A stretch of 33,035 nucleotides of DNA, taken from positions 1-33,035 of the IMG/VR virus record IMGVR_UViG_3300032330_002506; one strand, given 5' to 3'. This DNA comes from a virus. Taxonomy: Duplodnaviria > Caudoviricetes. The notes under the pieces were generated by a model. That model was not told the DNA's origin and ran no database searches. It worked only from the letters and a program-made list of their open reading frames with translations. The position numbers and the translations under genes are program-made. Positions 9,942-18,843 of this stretch are shown piece after piece (position 1 is the first letter of the stretch; each line of letters opens with the position of its first letter).

Positions 9942-9973
9942 AAAAGGGTGAGCAAATAAATGCCCACCCTTTT
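9942..9973 (-). terminator. Hairpin (weaker terminator or stabilising stem), near-copy of 9501-9530
   Basis: AAAAGGGTGGGCA-TTTATT-TGCTCACCCTTTT; only 4 Ts, then ATAC. Confidence 0.7.
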
Positions 9974-9997
9974 AATGATTATTTCTATTCTAATTAA

Positions 9998-10327
9998 TTA
10001 GAATGAGTTATCAATAGTTGCTGTAATTGCAACAGTTGCTGATGCATAATAGTCACCAGTTACTGTGCTTGGTGTTCCAGTTCCTTGAACTAAAATCACA
10101 ACACTTGTTGATGATGCAGCAGTGAACGATCCGATACCTGCAACTGTGAATACATCTGGTGATGTATCAGCAGTTTGCAATGAAGCACCTGATGTTAAAC
10201 CGTTAACGATTCCGTTAAGTTGTGCTTGTGATATTGCTCCACCACCTACACCACATGTTAAAACGAAAGTTTTTGGGCCTAAACCATTTCCTGATTTAGC
10301 ATTTGCGTTACTTGTTAAGCTAGCCAT
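9998..10327 (-). CDS. Small Gly/Ala/Thr-rich protein, probable capsid decoration/virion protein
   Basis: 109 aa, strong AAGGAG SD, late promoter and 5' stem-loop upstream. Confidence 0.6.
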   Translation of the reverse strand: MASLTSNANAKSGNGLGPKTFVLTCGVGGGAISQAQLNGIVNGLTSGASLQTADTSPDVFTVAGIGSFTAASSTSVVILVQGTGTPSTVTGDYYASATVAITATIDNSF

Positions 10328-10358
10328 TTTATTTTCTCCTTTTTCTCTTGTTAAATGG

Positions 10359-10394
10359 CAAATCCACGCTCAGTGGATCTGTTGCAATTATTTA
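10359..10394 (-). promoter_or_regulatory. Late promoter TAAATA plus 5' stem-loop
   Basis: TAAATA at 10394-10389, then the hairpin CAGATCCAC-TGAGC-GTGGATTTG (10381-10359). Confidence 0.7.
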
Positions 10395-10426
10395 TGGTAA
10401 AGATTGGTAAATTCTACTGTATTATA

Positions 10427-10561
10427 TTAATTTTCGGAAGGAATACTCTCTTTTTCATCCTTGCAGTGCTCACAGGCACAAGAACCACAATTTAAGCACT
10501 CAAAACACTCAGTTTCGCAATGATGCTCACAACTGCATCGTTCACATATACATTCTATCAT
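10427..10561 (-). CDS. Metallothionein-like Cys/His-rich peptide (44 aa)
   Basis: Manual translation MIECICERCSCEHHCETECFECLNCGSCACEHCKDEKESIPSEN; 11 Cys, 3 His; perfect TATAAATA 5 nt upstream of the ATG; fills the intergenic gap. Confidence 0.8.
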   Translation of the reverse strand: MIECICERCSCEHHCETECFECLNCGSCACEHCKDEKESIPSEN

Positions 10562-10566
10562 GATAA

Positions 10567-10574
10567 TATTTATA
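10567..10574 (-). promoter_or_regulatory. T4-type late promoter TATAAATA
   Basis: Perfect consensus, N5 before ATG 10561. Confidence 0.8.
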
Positions 10575-10590
10575 GAGATACATATAATAA

Positions 10591-11640
10591 ATGACCGCTA
10601 ATAGTTTCTTTCTCACTGACCTAATGAAAACCGGTAATCACCAGGATCTTGAGCAATTCCTTGCTCGAGCATCATTACCCAATGAAGAAATAGTGTGCAA
10701 TGGAGAGTATTATACTCTGCACAGTGTGGATTTAAAAAAGTATGATAGACTGTTTGCACTGATCGATCATCGTAGAGAGAACGATCGTCTTTGGCAGAAT
10801 CCTGAATATTGGCAGGAGACAGAGCGCAGAATCAAAGTTTTACGAGATCGTGGATTCTCTTTTATTCTATCACAACCGTGGGAATCTAAAGAGAACATGC
10901 AGAATCAGCAGTATTATAAAGAGTATCTTCGCAATACCAAACACTGCACATGGAGTGGCAGTATCAGTTGGTTTTGGTTCCTAATGCATCGCAAACACCA
11001 GGATAGAAAATACAATTTCAATCACTCTAATAAAAAGTATGATTTTCTTTATCTAAACAAACAATCTAGAACACATAGAAAAAAACTGTTTGATGCTCTA
11101 CGTAAAGAATCTTTACTGGATAATAGTCTAATCAGTTTCCTGGATCCTCCCTACAATATCAAATTAGATCGAGCCTATGAGTTGCCTTGGGTAGATGCCA
11201 GTCGTTATCCGCGTTATGGCAGCGATCAAGACATGTATGAACCACAATTTAATGACTGTGCTTTTAACCTAGTATCTGAAACCAATGATAATAATAATGA
11301 TGTATTCATTACTGAGAAACTGTGGAAACCCATCATAGCACAGCAGATATTTGTGGTGCATGGCAATTACGGATATCTAAAAAGATTAAAGGAAATGGGA
11401 TTTCGTACATTTGATTCTGTGTTTGATGAGAGCTATGATCAAGAAACAGATCCCAATAGAAGAATAGAGAAGCTAGTGTCTCTGTGCCAACACCTTCGCA
11501 CTGTGGATAAAGCTAAAATCTACAGAGAAACAGAATCAATTAGACAGCACAATCGCAATAGGTTCTATGATAGCAAAGCTCTATCCAATGCTGTGAATGA
11601 AACTGTGTTAGGCTTTTTGAAACTTGTTGATTGCAGTTAG
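10591..11640 (+). CDS. Putative glycosyltransferase (GT10-like 'ET..TEK' family), paralog 1
   Basis: FNLVSET...FITEKLWKP...GFRTFDSVFDESYD; resembles the GT10 EN...YITEK motif. Activity inferred. Confidence 0.55.
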   Translation: MTANSFFLTDLMKTGNHQDLEQFLARASLPNEEIVCNGEYYTLHSVDLKKYDRLFALIDHRRENDRLWQNPEYWQETERRIKVLRDRGFSFILSQPWESKENMQNQQYYKEYLRNTKHCTWSGSISWFWFLMHRKHQDRKYNFNHSNKKYDFLYLNKQSRTHRKKLFDALRKESLLDNSLISFLDPPYNIKLDRAYELPWVDASRYPRYGSDQDMYEPQFNDCAFNLVSETNDNNNDVFITEKLWKPIIAQQIFVVHGNYGYLKRLKEMGFRTFDSVFDESYDQETDPNRRIEKLVSLCQHLRTVDKAKIYRETESIRQHNRNRFYDSKALSNAVNETVLGFLKLVDCS

Positions 11641-12825
11641 ATTCTTTCTGCTGAATCCTAATCGATCTACTAACTTAACTGCATCTCCGGCTGTGCCCAC
11701 TGCTACAAATCCTTCTGGGTCAGTTACTTCTAATCCTGTATCTGTCTGTGCGAATGTGCCGATAGCTGTGGCTTTGTTTAATTTTGCCAGTGTTAAATTT
11801 TTAAGTGCAATAACTTCTTTATAGAATGCCATCATAGCCGCTAATGGCTTCTGCATCTGTTTTAGGAACAGAGGCATGTCTTTCATCTTCTGCTGTCTCA
11901 GTTGTAGAGCTTTCTGTGCTTTCAATCCTGCTGCCTGCTGTTGCATTCTGCCTTGATAGAATTGTGCAAAATCTTTTAGATATTGATTGGTATCTGTGGG
12001 TATCTTGCCTTGTCGTATCTGATCATTAATGAATAGCATGAAGAAAGGTAAGAAGTCTCGGTTCACTCCTAACATAGCAGAAAGATTAGTTGGTACACTG
12101 TTCAATAATGACTTCAATTGCTCTATACCTGTGGTGAATTGCTGTTGCTCTTCCGCTGTGAAGTTGGCAGTGCCGCTGACATTTTTATATGTGGCATTGT
12201 CAAACCATACATCAGGTGTGCGAGTGAATGCAGCCACATCAGCACCATACTGAGCTTTTAGATTGGCTATGGTATCTCCTGTGTAGGTGGTGTGGAATAT
12301 GATGCCCACCTGTGCTGAGGACATCTGTCTACCCAAATCACTGTTCTCAGGCACTGCGTATGTGATGGTATTGGGTTTGAACGTTATGTAATTCTCTCCT
12401 GCCATGCTCTGTCTTGTGAGAGTGTCTCGGTCAAACATAAAGTCACCTTGCACAATGCCTTGTATGTTTAATTTTTTGAGATGCACTAGACACTTTAATA
12501 ATTTTTGTCCTAGATCGTCTGTGCCGTGATTACGAGCAATGTCTTCTTTCGTATAATTCAGTTTGGGTGTTTTGGCAAATATACCTTTGGTGCCCACAAA
12601 CCACTTGCCATTTTCAGGATTGATACCACACACTATGGCTGGTGCACCATCCCATTTAACAGAAACGTTGATGGGTTGATCGGCTGAACCTTGCAGTGTT
12701 TGTAGAATGCCTTGGAAATAATCTATCACACTCTGACCGCCCAAGTGTCCATCAGTTAGAATGATATCTTCTATGTGTTGCAGATGAGTTCTTTTAAACT
12801 CGTTTAGTACTTCTTCTATCAGCAT
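11608..12825 (-). CDS. DUF6267-like protein with ligase-type nucleotidyltransferase motifs
   Basis: HLQHIED, VKWDGAPA (KxDG), QGDFMF, PNTITY, EGFVA and VKLVDR. Confidence 0.75.
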   Translation of the reverse strand: MLIEEVLNEFKRTHLQHIEDIILTDGHLGGQSVIDYFQGILQTLQGSADQPINVSVKWDGAPAIVCGINPENGKWFVGTKGIFAKTPKLNYTKEDIARNHGTDDLGQKLLKCLVHLKKLNIQGIVQGDFMFDRDTLTRQSMAGENYITFKPNTITYAVPENSDLGRQMSSAQVGIIFHTTYTGDTIANLKAQYGADVAAFTRTPDVWFDNATYKNVSGTANFTAEEQQQFTTGIEQLKSLLNSVPTNLSAMLGVNRDFLPFFMLFINDQIRQGKIPTDTNQYLKDFAQFYQGRMQQQAAGLKAQKALQLRQQKMKDMPLFLKQMQKPLAAMMAFYKEVIALKNLTLAKLNKATAIGTFAQTDTGLEVTDPEGFVAVGTAGDAVKLVDRLGFSRKNLTAINKFQKA

Positions 12826-13127
12826 TATTCGTCCTCGTCGCGGAGTTCACCCTCTTTTAACGATAGACTGTTTTTGACATCTTTAAGTTCTTTAATTTTG
12901 GTAACTCCTCTGCTGAATTTATCTGGGTCTAGATTTTTTATGGCTGCGTTAAATTTTTTTTCTAGTAGATATGCAGTTTCTTGATCAAAGTTTTCTCTGA
13001 TATAGTTTACAAGATTGATTGCAGAATCAATGATGTGACTCGCTCTGCTTTCAACAAAGTTTTCTGGTTCTTTATTGACTCTTACTGAGCTTAATTCTTC
13101 CAGGATACTGCGAGTTTTTTTTTGCAT
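12825..13127 (-). CDS. Hypothetical phage protein
   Basis: MQKKTRSILEEL...; TAAATA-N5-ATG 13127; TAATG coupling to the next gene. Confidence 0.7.
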   Translation of the reverse strand: MQKKTRSILEELSSVRVNKEPENFVESRASHIIDSAINLVNYIRENFDQETAYLLEKKFNAAIKNLDPDKFSRGVTKIKELKDVKNSLSLKEGELRDEDE

Positions 13128-13207
13128 ATGAGTATTTAACTCATAGTATAGCACAATAATATGAGTTGTCTATGCTCAAAAATACCCATATAACGGTTAA
13201 ATACAGT

Positions 13208-14014
13208 ATGATCACAAATTTAATACAAGACGGCAAAACCAAAACCATACAAGAATTAGATGTGTATCAGCAGAGTTTACTGTTTGCTGAGTTAAGCATG
13301 ATAGCCTATAACGATGAGAAACAGGCTACAGCACAGGCCCGAGAAATAGGATTCACAGAAGTGCATTTCTTTGATCACAAAGGTGCTCAAGGTTATACAT
13401 TTGAAACTGCCACGGATCTAGTGGTAGCATGTCGAGGCACAGAACCTACTGAATTGAGTGATCTAGCAGCAGATATGAATGCACTGCCAGTACGCAGCCA
13501 AACTATGGGATTGGTACATCTAGGATTTAAAAAAGAAGCAGATAAAATTTGGGCAGGTATCAAAGCACAGATCGAAACTTCAGAAAAAATGACATGGTTC
13601 ACTGGACACAGTCTAGGTGCTGCCATGACCACACTCTGCGCCGCAAGATGTTTTTATCATGCTCCACATATCATTATTGGTGCTATATTCACATTTGGTT
13701 CTCCACGAGCAGGTTGGAGAGGATTTGTAAACAATCTACATGTGCCACACTGGCGTTGGGTCAACAATGCAGATCAAGTAACCACAGTGCCACTGGCTAT
13801 TATGGGTTACATACATCACGGCACTATAAGATATCTTAATAATTTTGGTAATGTGAGAGAGTTCACATACTGGCAAAGAATCAAAGACAAATTCCGAGGC
13901 ATATGGAAGGGCATTAAACGAGGATCATTCAAAAACTTCAGTGATCACAGCATGACCAACTATGTGGCTCATATCGCTAAAAAGGTCAGCGGTGAGGAAT
14001 ATACACAAGAGTAA
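13208..14014 (+). CDS. Lipase class 3 family alpha/beta hydrolase
   Basis: CRGT oxyanion motif, TGHSLGAA nucleophile elbow, TFGSPR, VNNAD (Asp) and DHSM (His); TAAATA-N4-ATG 13208. Confidence 0.9.
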   Translation: MITNLIQDGKTKTIQELDVYQQSLLFAELSMIAYNDEKQATAQAREIGFTEVHFFDHKGAQGYTFETATDLVVACRGTEPTELSDLAADMNALPVRSQTMGLVHLGFKKEADKIWAGIKAQIETSEKMTWFTGHSLGAAMTTLCAARCFYHAPHIIIGAIFTFGSPRAGWRGFVNNLHVPHWRWVNNADQVTTVPLAIMGYIHHGTIRYLNNFGNVREFTYWQRIKDKFRGIWKGIKRGSFKNFSDHSMTNYVAHIAKKVSGEEYTQE

Positions 14015-14022
14015 AAATTAAA

Positions 14023-14721
14023 TTAGAGTTTTTCGTAAAATTTATTAATGTATTCTCGGCAAGATAGAGAGTATACAGATTGGTTTTTTACTAAATCATA
14101 TAGCTCATAGTCTTTTTTATTCTTTTCCATCCATTCTTTTTTGAATTCTGTTTCCTGCTCAAAGAAATCATATACAGTTTTTTTTATTGTGTTGGGTGTG
14201 ACATTTTCTCGAGCAACAAATTCGCAATTCCAATTCTGTTCCATGGATTCTTTTAATGATCCATAATTCCACACATCTATTCTTTGTATCTTGTCTCTCA
14301 TGGGTGGTAGGGTCAGCAGTATTACTTTGTATACTGTTTCTAACACAGGAGTAAAATTTAATTCTAATCCTGCTGCTCGAACACTATCAAGGTTGTTATG
14401 ATTTATTAATCTGTATTTGTTTTTTATTTCTTCGCATCTTTCTTCCACTGCAGCGGGATTCTCGGATCTTTTTATATCTGTGGCAATCGCTGATAGAAAA
14501 CGATTCCACGGTTCTCTTACATGGCAGAACAACACAAATTTTTCCAGAGTATCACACTGTTGTTGTATGTTTTGTAGATACTCTTTGGTAAAATTATCTG
14601 AGTTAGGTATCTCCACACTGTCATTATTCTTTATCGAATCGAACTGTTTTTTTACACTGGTAGTGCCAGATTTGGCATTGCCTAGATACATGTGTCCGTT
14701 GTGTAATAACAATTTGGGCAT
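14023..14721 (-). CDS. Sulfotransferase family 2-like protein
   Basis: AKSGTTS 5'-PSB loop and VREPWNRFLSA 3'-PB motif. Confidence 0.7.
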   Translation of the reverse strand: MPKLLLHNGHMYLGNAKSGTTSVKKQFDSIKNNDSVEIPNSDNFTKEYLQNIQQQCDTLEKFVLFCHVREPWNRFLSAIATDIKRSENPAAVEERCEEIKNKYRLINHNNLDSVRAAGLELNFTPVLETVYKVILLTLPPMRDKIQRIDVWNYGSLKESMEQNWNCEFVARENVTPNTIKKTVYDFFEQETEFKKEWMEKNKKDYELYDLVKNQSVYSLSCREYINKFYEKL

Positions 14722-14762
14722 ATTTTCATTTTACTTATTTTGTGTTAGATAACTAAAAATAT

Positions 14763-15221
14763 ATGTTGCCTCCACAATTTGGTAGAAGAAAACATCGCGG
14801 ATACTATCGAGATCATTACGAGCCCGATGATGGAGAAACAGTCCTGCTGTTGGGCATATTGTTGGCACTGTGGGGAATCTATTGGCTGGTGGTGCATTGG
14901 ATAGATTGGGCACTGGGCAATCTTATGGTATGGTGGGTGGAACCTTTAACCCTATTTGTGACGCTGCCTATCATGGGATTCTTTGCTTTGATTATAGATA
15001 AATTTGGCGCTAATCCTCTCTATTGGTGGCCCATGTTTTGGGGGACCAAAATTATTATTGCTCATGACTTAGAATTTTATGTAGATTTTGATGATGAGGA
15101 GTTCGTGCAGAACAATGGTGGTCGAGCGAATGTGTATTGTGGCACGGACAGCAATGAAGATCTATACATCAAGTTTCGCACTCGCAAAGATGCTGTGATC
15201 TATTCTTTAAGAAATCTTTAA
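14763..15221 (+). CDS. Trp-rich membrane protein
   Basis: Two long hydrophobic segments within 152 aa. Confidence 0.65.
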   Translation: MLPPQFGRRKHRGYYRDHYEPDDGETVLLLGILLALWGIYWLVVHWIDWALGNLMVWWVEPLTLFVTLPIMGFFALIIDKFGANPLYWWPMFWGTKIIIAHDLEFYVDFDDEEFVQNNGGRANVYCGTDSNEDLYIKFRTRKDAVIYSLRNL

Positions 15222-15467
15222 TTTTTCTAAACGATCAGTAAGCTCATTAACTATCTGTTGATAATCTGCTATCTGTACCTGCATATTGCCTATGTGTGCT
15301 CGCAGTCTTTTGATTTCCTGTATCTGCTCATCCATTAGCAGTAGATCTTGTTCGGGGTCTCCCACATCTTGCTTCTTAGGACCAAATATATCGTCGTAGT
15401 TTTGTCTGTATGTGTCATCCACAGGACGTGATTTGCCATCCCAAGTTTTTCCATACTCACTAGTCAT
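15207..15467 (-). CDS. Hypothetical protein with C-terminal coiled coil
   Basis: WDGKSR...YRQNYDDIFG; starts immediately after the upstream TAA. Confidence 0.65.
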   Translation of the reverse strand: MTSEYGKTWDGKSRPVDDTYRQNYDDIFGPKKQDVGDPEQDLLLMDEQIQEIKRLRAHIGNMQVQIADYQQIVNELTDRLEKLKIS

Positions 15468-15614
15468 TTAAGGTCTGCCTTGTCCTCTATAAATCTTAAA
15501 ACTTCTTCTTTTGTGTTTGTTCATGCTAGAAGTTTTAGTTAGATTACCTGGACGACCTGCACTGGTTGCTTTGTAGTTTCTCTCTATTTGTGTTGCTAAT
15601 GTTTTTTTTGCCAT
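15468..15614 (-). CDS. Small highly basic peptide (48 aa)
   Basis: Manual translation MAKKTLATQIERNYKATSAGRPGNLTKTSSMNKHKRRSFKIYRGQGRP; promoter 7 nt upstream; abuts the next ATG. Confidence 0.75.
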   Translation of the reverse strand: MAKKTLATQIERNYKATSAGRPGNLTKTSSMNKHKRRSFKIYRGQGRP

Positions 15615-15621
15615 AATAGTA

Positions 15622-15650
15622 AATTTAACATGGTTTGTTTGTTATGTCAA
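15622..15650 (-). promoter_or_regulatory. sigma70-type promoter
   Basis: TTGACA(15650-15645)-N17-TAAATT(15627-15622) with a TGn extension. Confidence 0.6.
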
Positions 15651-15674
15651 CTGCGTACAATAAGTATTTGTTGC

Positions 15675-16739
15675 ATGAACAATAACCAGCAATTTTCCAA
15701 CAAATTTATAGATCGAGATTTCCTTTATTGGGTCAAGGATAAAGAAGTACCCAATATGTTCCATGATCTAGAAAAATTTAAAAAAAGCACAGGTAAAAAA
15801 ATATCATATCTAACAAATTTTGTACTGGGTGATGTTGCTCTAGAATTATTCTATAATAAGATAAAAGAACATCAAACAGTATCAGATCATGTTTGTGTAA
15901 TATTCAACGAAGCTGGTTTTTATTACACTGGCAAAGATGGATATCCTTATTGCAACGTGATTGATTTTGTTAATAGATTTAGTAGGAATGACAATGTTAC
16001 TTTTTTTACACATATGGTTCCTTTAACGGAAACCAACAGACCTATCTATTTTATAAACAAAATGCTGTGGCCTGAAGCATATAATATGTATCAGAATAAA
16101 AAAAATAATCCTTTAGAATTAATAGTTGAAAATAATAAAAAAAATACAGAACTGCATTGGGATATATTATTAGGACTTACAGCCAGTCATAAAGATACTA
16201 TCTATGAAAAAATTAATAATCATTCTATTAAACAAAAAGTTTTTATGACATATTTTAAAAATAATACCAATGATGGCTCTTGGAGTAATTTTGTCAAAAA
16301 ACCTAAAAGTCACACAGCTGAAACTGTTGATCGATCTAATATTAGAATAAGTGAGTTAATTGACCCAGAAATTTATAATCAAACTTATTATAGTTTTGTT
16401 TGTGAAACATTTTCTAATCCTAATACGGCTTGTTTTACAGAAAAGTTTGCCAAGCCTATAATTGCTCAAAGACCATTTGTGGTATTTGGATCTGAGTACC
16501 ATTTACGAGCATTTAGAAGTTTAGGATTTAAAACATTCGGTTCTGAGATTGATGAGTCATATGATGAGGAAACCAATAAGGATAGAAGAATAGATAAGAT
16601 TATTCAAGCCATGCACGAGTTGAGCCAAAAGGATCCTCAAGTGGTTTTAGAGAATCTTCGTCCTGTGTTGGAACACAATAAGAAACATTTTTTTAATAAT
16701 CGTTGGAACTCTGAGTTCTTACACTACTGGAATAGTTAA
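15675..16739 (+). CDS. Putative glycosyltransferase (GT10-like), paralog 2
   Basis: FVCET...FTEKFAKP...GFKTFGSEIDESYD; start refined to 15675 after TAAGTA (15661-15666). Confidence 0.55.
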   Translation: MNNNQQFSNKFIDRDFLYWVKDKEVPNMFHDLEKFKKSTGKKISYLTNFVLGDVALELFYNKIKEHQTVSDHVCVIFNEAGFYYTGKDGYPYCNVIDFVNRFSRNDNVTFFTHMVPLTETNRPIYFINKMLWPEAYNMYQNKKNNPLELIVENNKKNTELHWDILLGLTASHKDTIYEKINNHSIKQKVFMTYFKNNTNDGSWSNFVKKPKSHTAETVDRSNIRISELIDPEIYNQTYYSFVCETFSNPNTACFTEKFAKPIIAQRPFVVFGSEYHLRAFRSLGFKTFGSEIDESYDEETNKDRRIDKIIQAMHELSQKDPQVVLENLRPVLEHNKKHFFNNRWNSEFLHYWNS

Positions 16740-16741
16740 TC

Positions 16742-16749
16742 TATAAATA
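16742..16749 (+). promoter_or_regulatory. T4-type late promoter TATAAATA
   Basis: Perfect consensus, N5 before ATG 16755. Confidence 0.8.
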
Positions 16750-16754
16750 TTTGC

Positions 16755-17321
16755 ATGTCTGATCATTTGGGGGGTTATATCGAGGGTGGAGATCCTCACA
16801 CCTACATGCCGGACATTTGGGGATATCTCACAATCAAATACAGTTTAAGATCAGTTTTAGATGTTGGATGTGGCACAGGACAGAATTTAAAATGGTTCCG
16901 AGATTATAGGAAGTCACCTGCACTGGGCATAGAAGGAGATCCCACAGCCATAGCCAAATCCATATTGCCCGAGATCACGATACAACATGATTATACTGTG
17001 GACAAGTATGTGCCTAGACACTCTTTTGATCTTGGATTGTGTACAGAGTTTGCTGAGCATGTGGAACAGCGATATGAGGACCATTGGTTGGCCACATTAA
17101 AGTTGTGTAGATATGTGCTGTTCAGCCATGCTACTCCGGGACAGGATGGTTATCATCATGTGAACTGTCAGGAGACTGCGTATTGGTTAAAACGATTTGA
17201 ACAGAACAATTTCTCTAACATAAAATCTGAAACAAAAATATTAAGAAACACAGATAAACTCTTACGAGCACCGTGGTGTCGAAGCACACTGCTCTTTTTT
17301 AAAAACAATGAAAATCTATGA
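16755..17321 (+). CDS. Class I SAM-dependent methyltransferase
   Basis: VLDVGCGTG, EFAEHV and PGQDGYHHVN. Confidence 0.85.
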   Translation: MSDHLGGYIEGGDPHTYMPDIWGYLTIKYSLRSVLDVGCGTGQNLKWFRDYRKSPALGIEGDPTAIAKSILPEITIQHDYTVDKYVPRHSFDLGLCTEFAEHVEQRYEDHWLATLKLCRYVLFSHATPGQDGYHHVNCQETAYWLKRFEQNNFSNIKSETKILRNTDKLLRAPWCRSTLLFFKNNENL

Positions 17322-18135
17322 TTGCTTTCTATATAATGGTGAGCAGGACCTTGCTGAAATAAGGTTCCATGAGCTTGACTCATATGTGGATTACTTTGTT
17401 ATTGTAGAATCTAACACTACTTTTTCTGGACAATCTAAAGAATATCTATTCAATGCGGAAAATTTTCCAAAGTTTAAACACAAAATAAGATACCATCCTG
17501 TCACAGATGGCAGAGCTGATTATAGTAAGAAAGATTACTGGACCTATTTTAGCTATGAGCAGATGTACAGAGAGTTTTATTTTCGCAACAGCATTAGGTT
17601 AGGTTTGTCAGATGCTGAACCCAACGATATGGTGTTATTATCAGATGCTGATGAGATACCTATACTATCTAACATGGATCTCAGTAACGACTTGTTTATA
17701 TTCAAACAGGATTGTATGCAATTAAAATTAAATCTGTTGAATCCTGGGTTAACTCCTTTCTATGGAACCAAAGGCGTTCGGTATCAATACCTAGGTTGGC
17801 CAGCAGAGTTTAGAATACATGATCGTCCTTATATCAAAATGAATCAGTATGATAATTTAAAAAAACAAACCATACAGCGAGGTGGTTGGCATTTCAGTTA
17901 TTGTTCATCTGTGAAAGACATATTATATAAAGTGTCTGCTTATGCTCACAATGAACGAGCCGAATTTATTTCGGCTCAACATATAGATGATTGTATTTTA
18001 AAGAAAAAAGATATTTGGGGTGGACGATTCAATTATGCCCATAATACAGATCAATTATTGACATATGATATTAAGAAACTGCCTGCTTACGTACAAAACA
18101 ATATAGATAGATTCAAAGATTTATTGTCTCTATAG
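17308..18135 (+). CDS. Glycosyltransferase family 17 (beta-1,4-GlcNAc transferase-like)
   Basis: IYDCFLYNGE.D...IRFHEL, VIVESNTTFSG, SDADEIP and GGWHFSY. Confidence 0.88.
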   Translation: MKIYDCFLYNGEQDLAEIRFHELDSYVDYFVIVESNTTFSGQSKEYLFNAENFPKFKHKIRYHPVTDGRADYSKKDYWTYFSYEQMYREFYFRNSIRLGLSDAEPNDMVLLSDADEIPILSNMDLSNDLFIFKQDCMQLKLNLLNPGLTPFYGTKGVRYQYLGWPAEFRIHDRPYIKMNQYDNLKKQTIQRGGWHFSYCSSVKDILYKVSAYAHNERAEFISAQHIDDCILKKKDIWGGRFNYAHNTDQLLTYDIKKLPAYVQNNIDRFKDLLSL

Positions 18136-18780
18136 GTATTTTAATATCTCTTCTGTGATAATTCTGTGTGCTTCTCTGTTCCAATGCACACCGTCGGGCT
18201 GATAGAATTCTTTATGCTCTTCCATGGTCTTCCAGAAGTGTTCATCGTTGCATTTTAGAATTTCTTTTTTAAAAGTTTTTAAATCTATATGTCCTGGGCC
18301 ATTGTGTAGACTCATTAAATCATGAGGATTAAAGTAACATTCAGGAAATTTATTGTTAGGTATGAGTATATCTACTCCATTGAATTGTGCTAAGAACTTT
18401 AAATTGTTTGCTGGTACTTTATATAATGCTCCTACTAAAATAGTTTTTGTCCCACATACTTTATAAATCTCTTCTATAACTCTGTTCGCAATTTTATTTG
18501 CATTATCCAATGCGGATACCGTAGAATCATAGGGAAAGTAACTGTTCACATCACGAGACACGGCTGTTAATAAAAAAATCACATAATCAAACTCTTTGTG
18601 TATTTTTTTTATATTTTCTAATGCCACACAGTTATTGGCTCCGGGTTTTGATACGTTAGTTACTGTATAACCTTTTTTCTCGAGATATGCGGCAATGCCT
18701 CCGTGAGTATTACCATATGGATTATTACTCCACTCTCCACAGCCGTAACTACACCCAGTTATTAATATCTTTTTTGTCAT
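18130..18780 (-). CDS. SGNH/GDSL-like hydrolase or acyltransferase
   Basis: ITGCSYG, NVSKPGANN and C-terminal DGVH (DxxH). Confidence 0.7.
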   Translation of the reverse strand: MTKKILITGCSYGCGEWSNNPYGNTHGGIAAYLEKKGYTVTNVSKPGANNCVALENIKKIHKEFDYVIFLLTAVSRDVNSYFPYDSTVSALDNANKIANRVIEEIYKVCGTKTILVGALYKVPANNLKFLAQFNGVDILIPNNKFPECYFNPHDLMSLHNGPGHIDLKTFKKEILKCNDEHFWKTMEEHKEFYQPDGVHWNREAHRIITEEILKYL

Positions 18781-18805
18781 TATGTATGATATTTAATGTA
18801 ATGAT

Positions 18806-18838
18806 TTGACAACGATAACAATTAGTGTACAATAAGTA
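18806..18838 (+). promoter_or_regulatory. sigma70-type promoter overlapping a late-type element
   Basis: TTGACA(18806)-N16-TACAAT(18828), plus TAAGTA(18833)-N5-ATG. Confidence 0.6.
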
Positions 18839-18843
18839 TTTGC

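Noticed and set aside
14682-14729. Out-of-frame mini-ORF MKICPNCYYTTDTCI overlapping the sulfotransferase start
   Set aside because: Only 15 codons, inside another gene, and too close to the TAAGTA element; probably chance.
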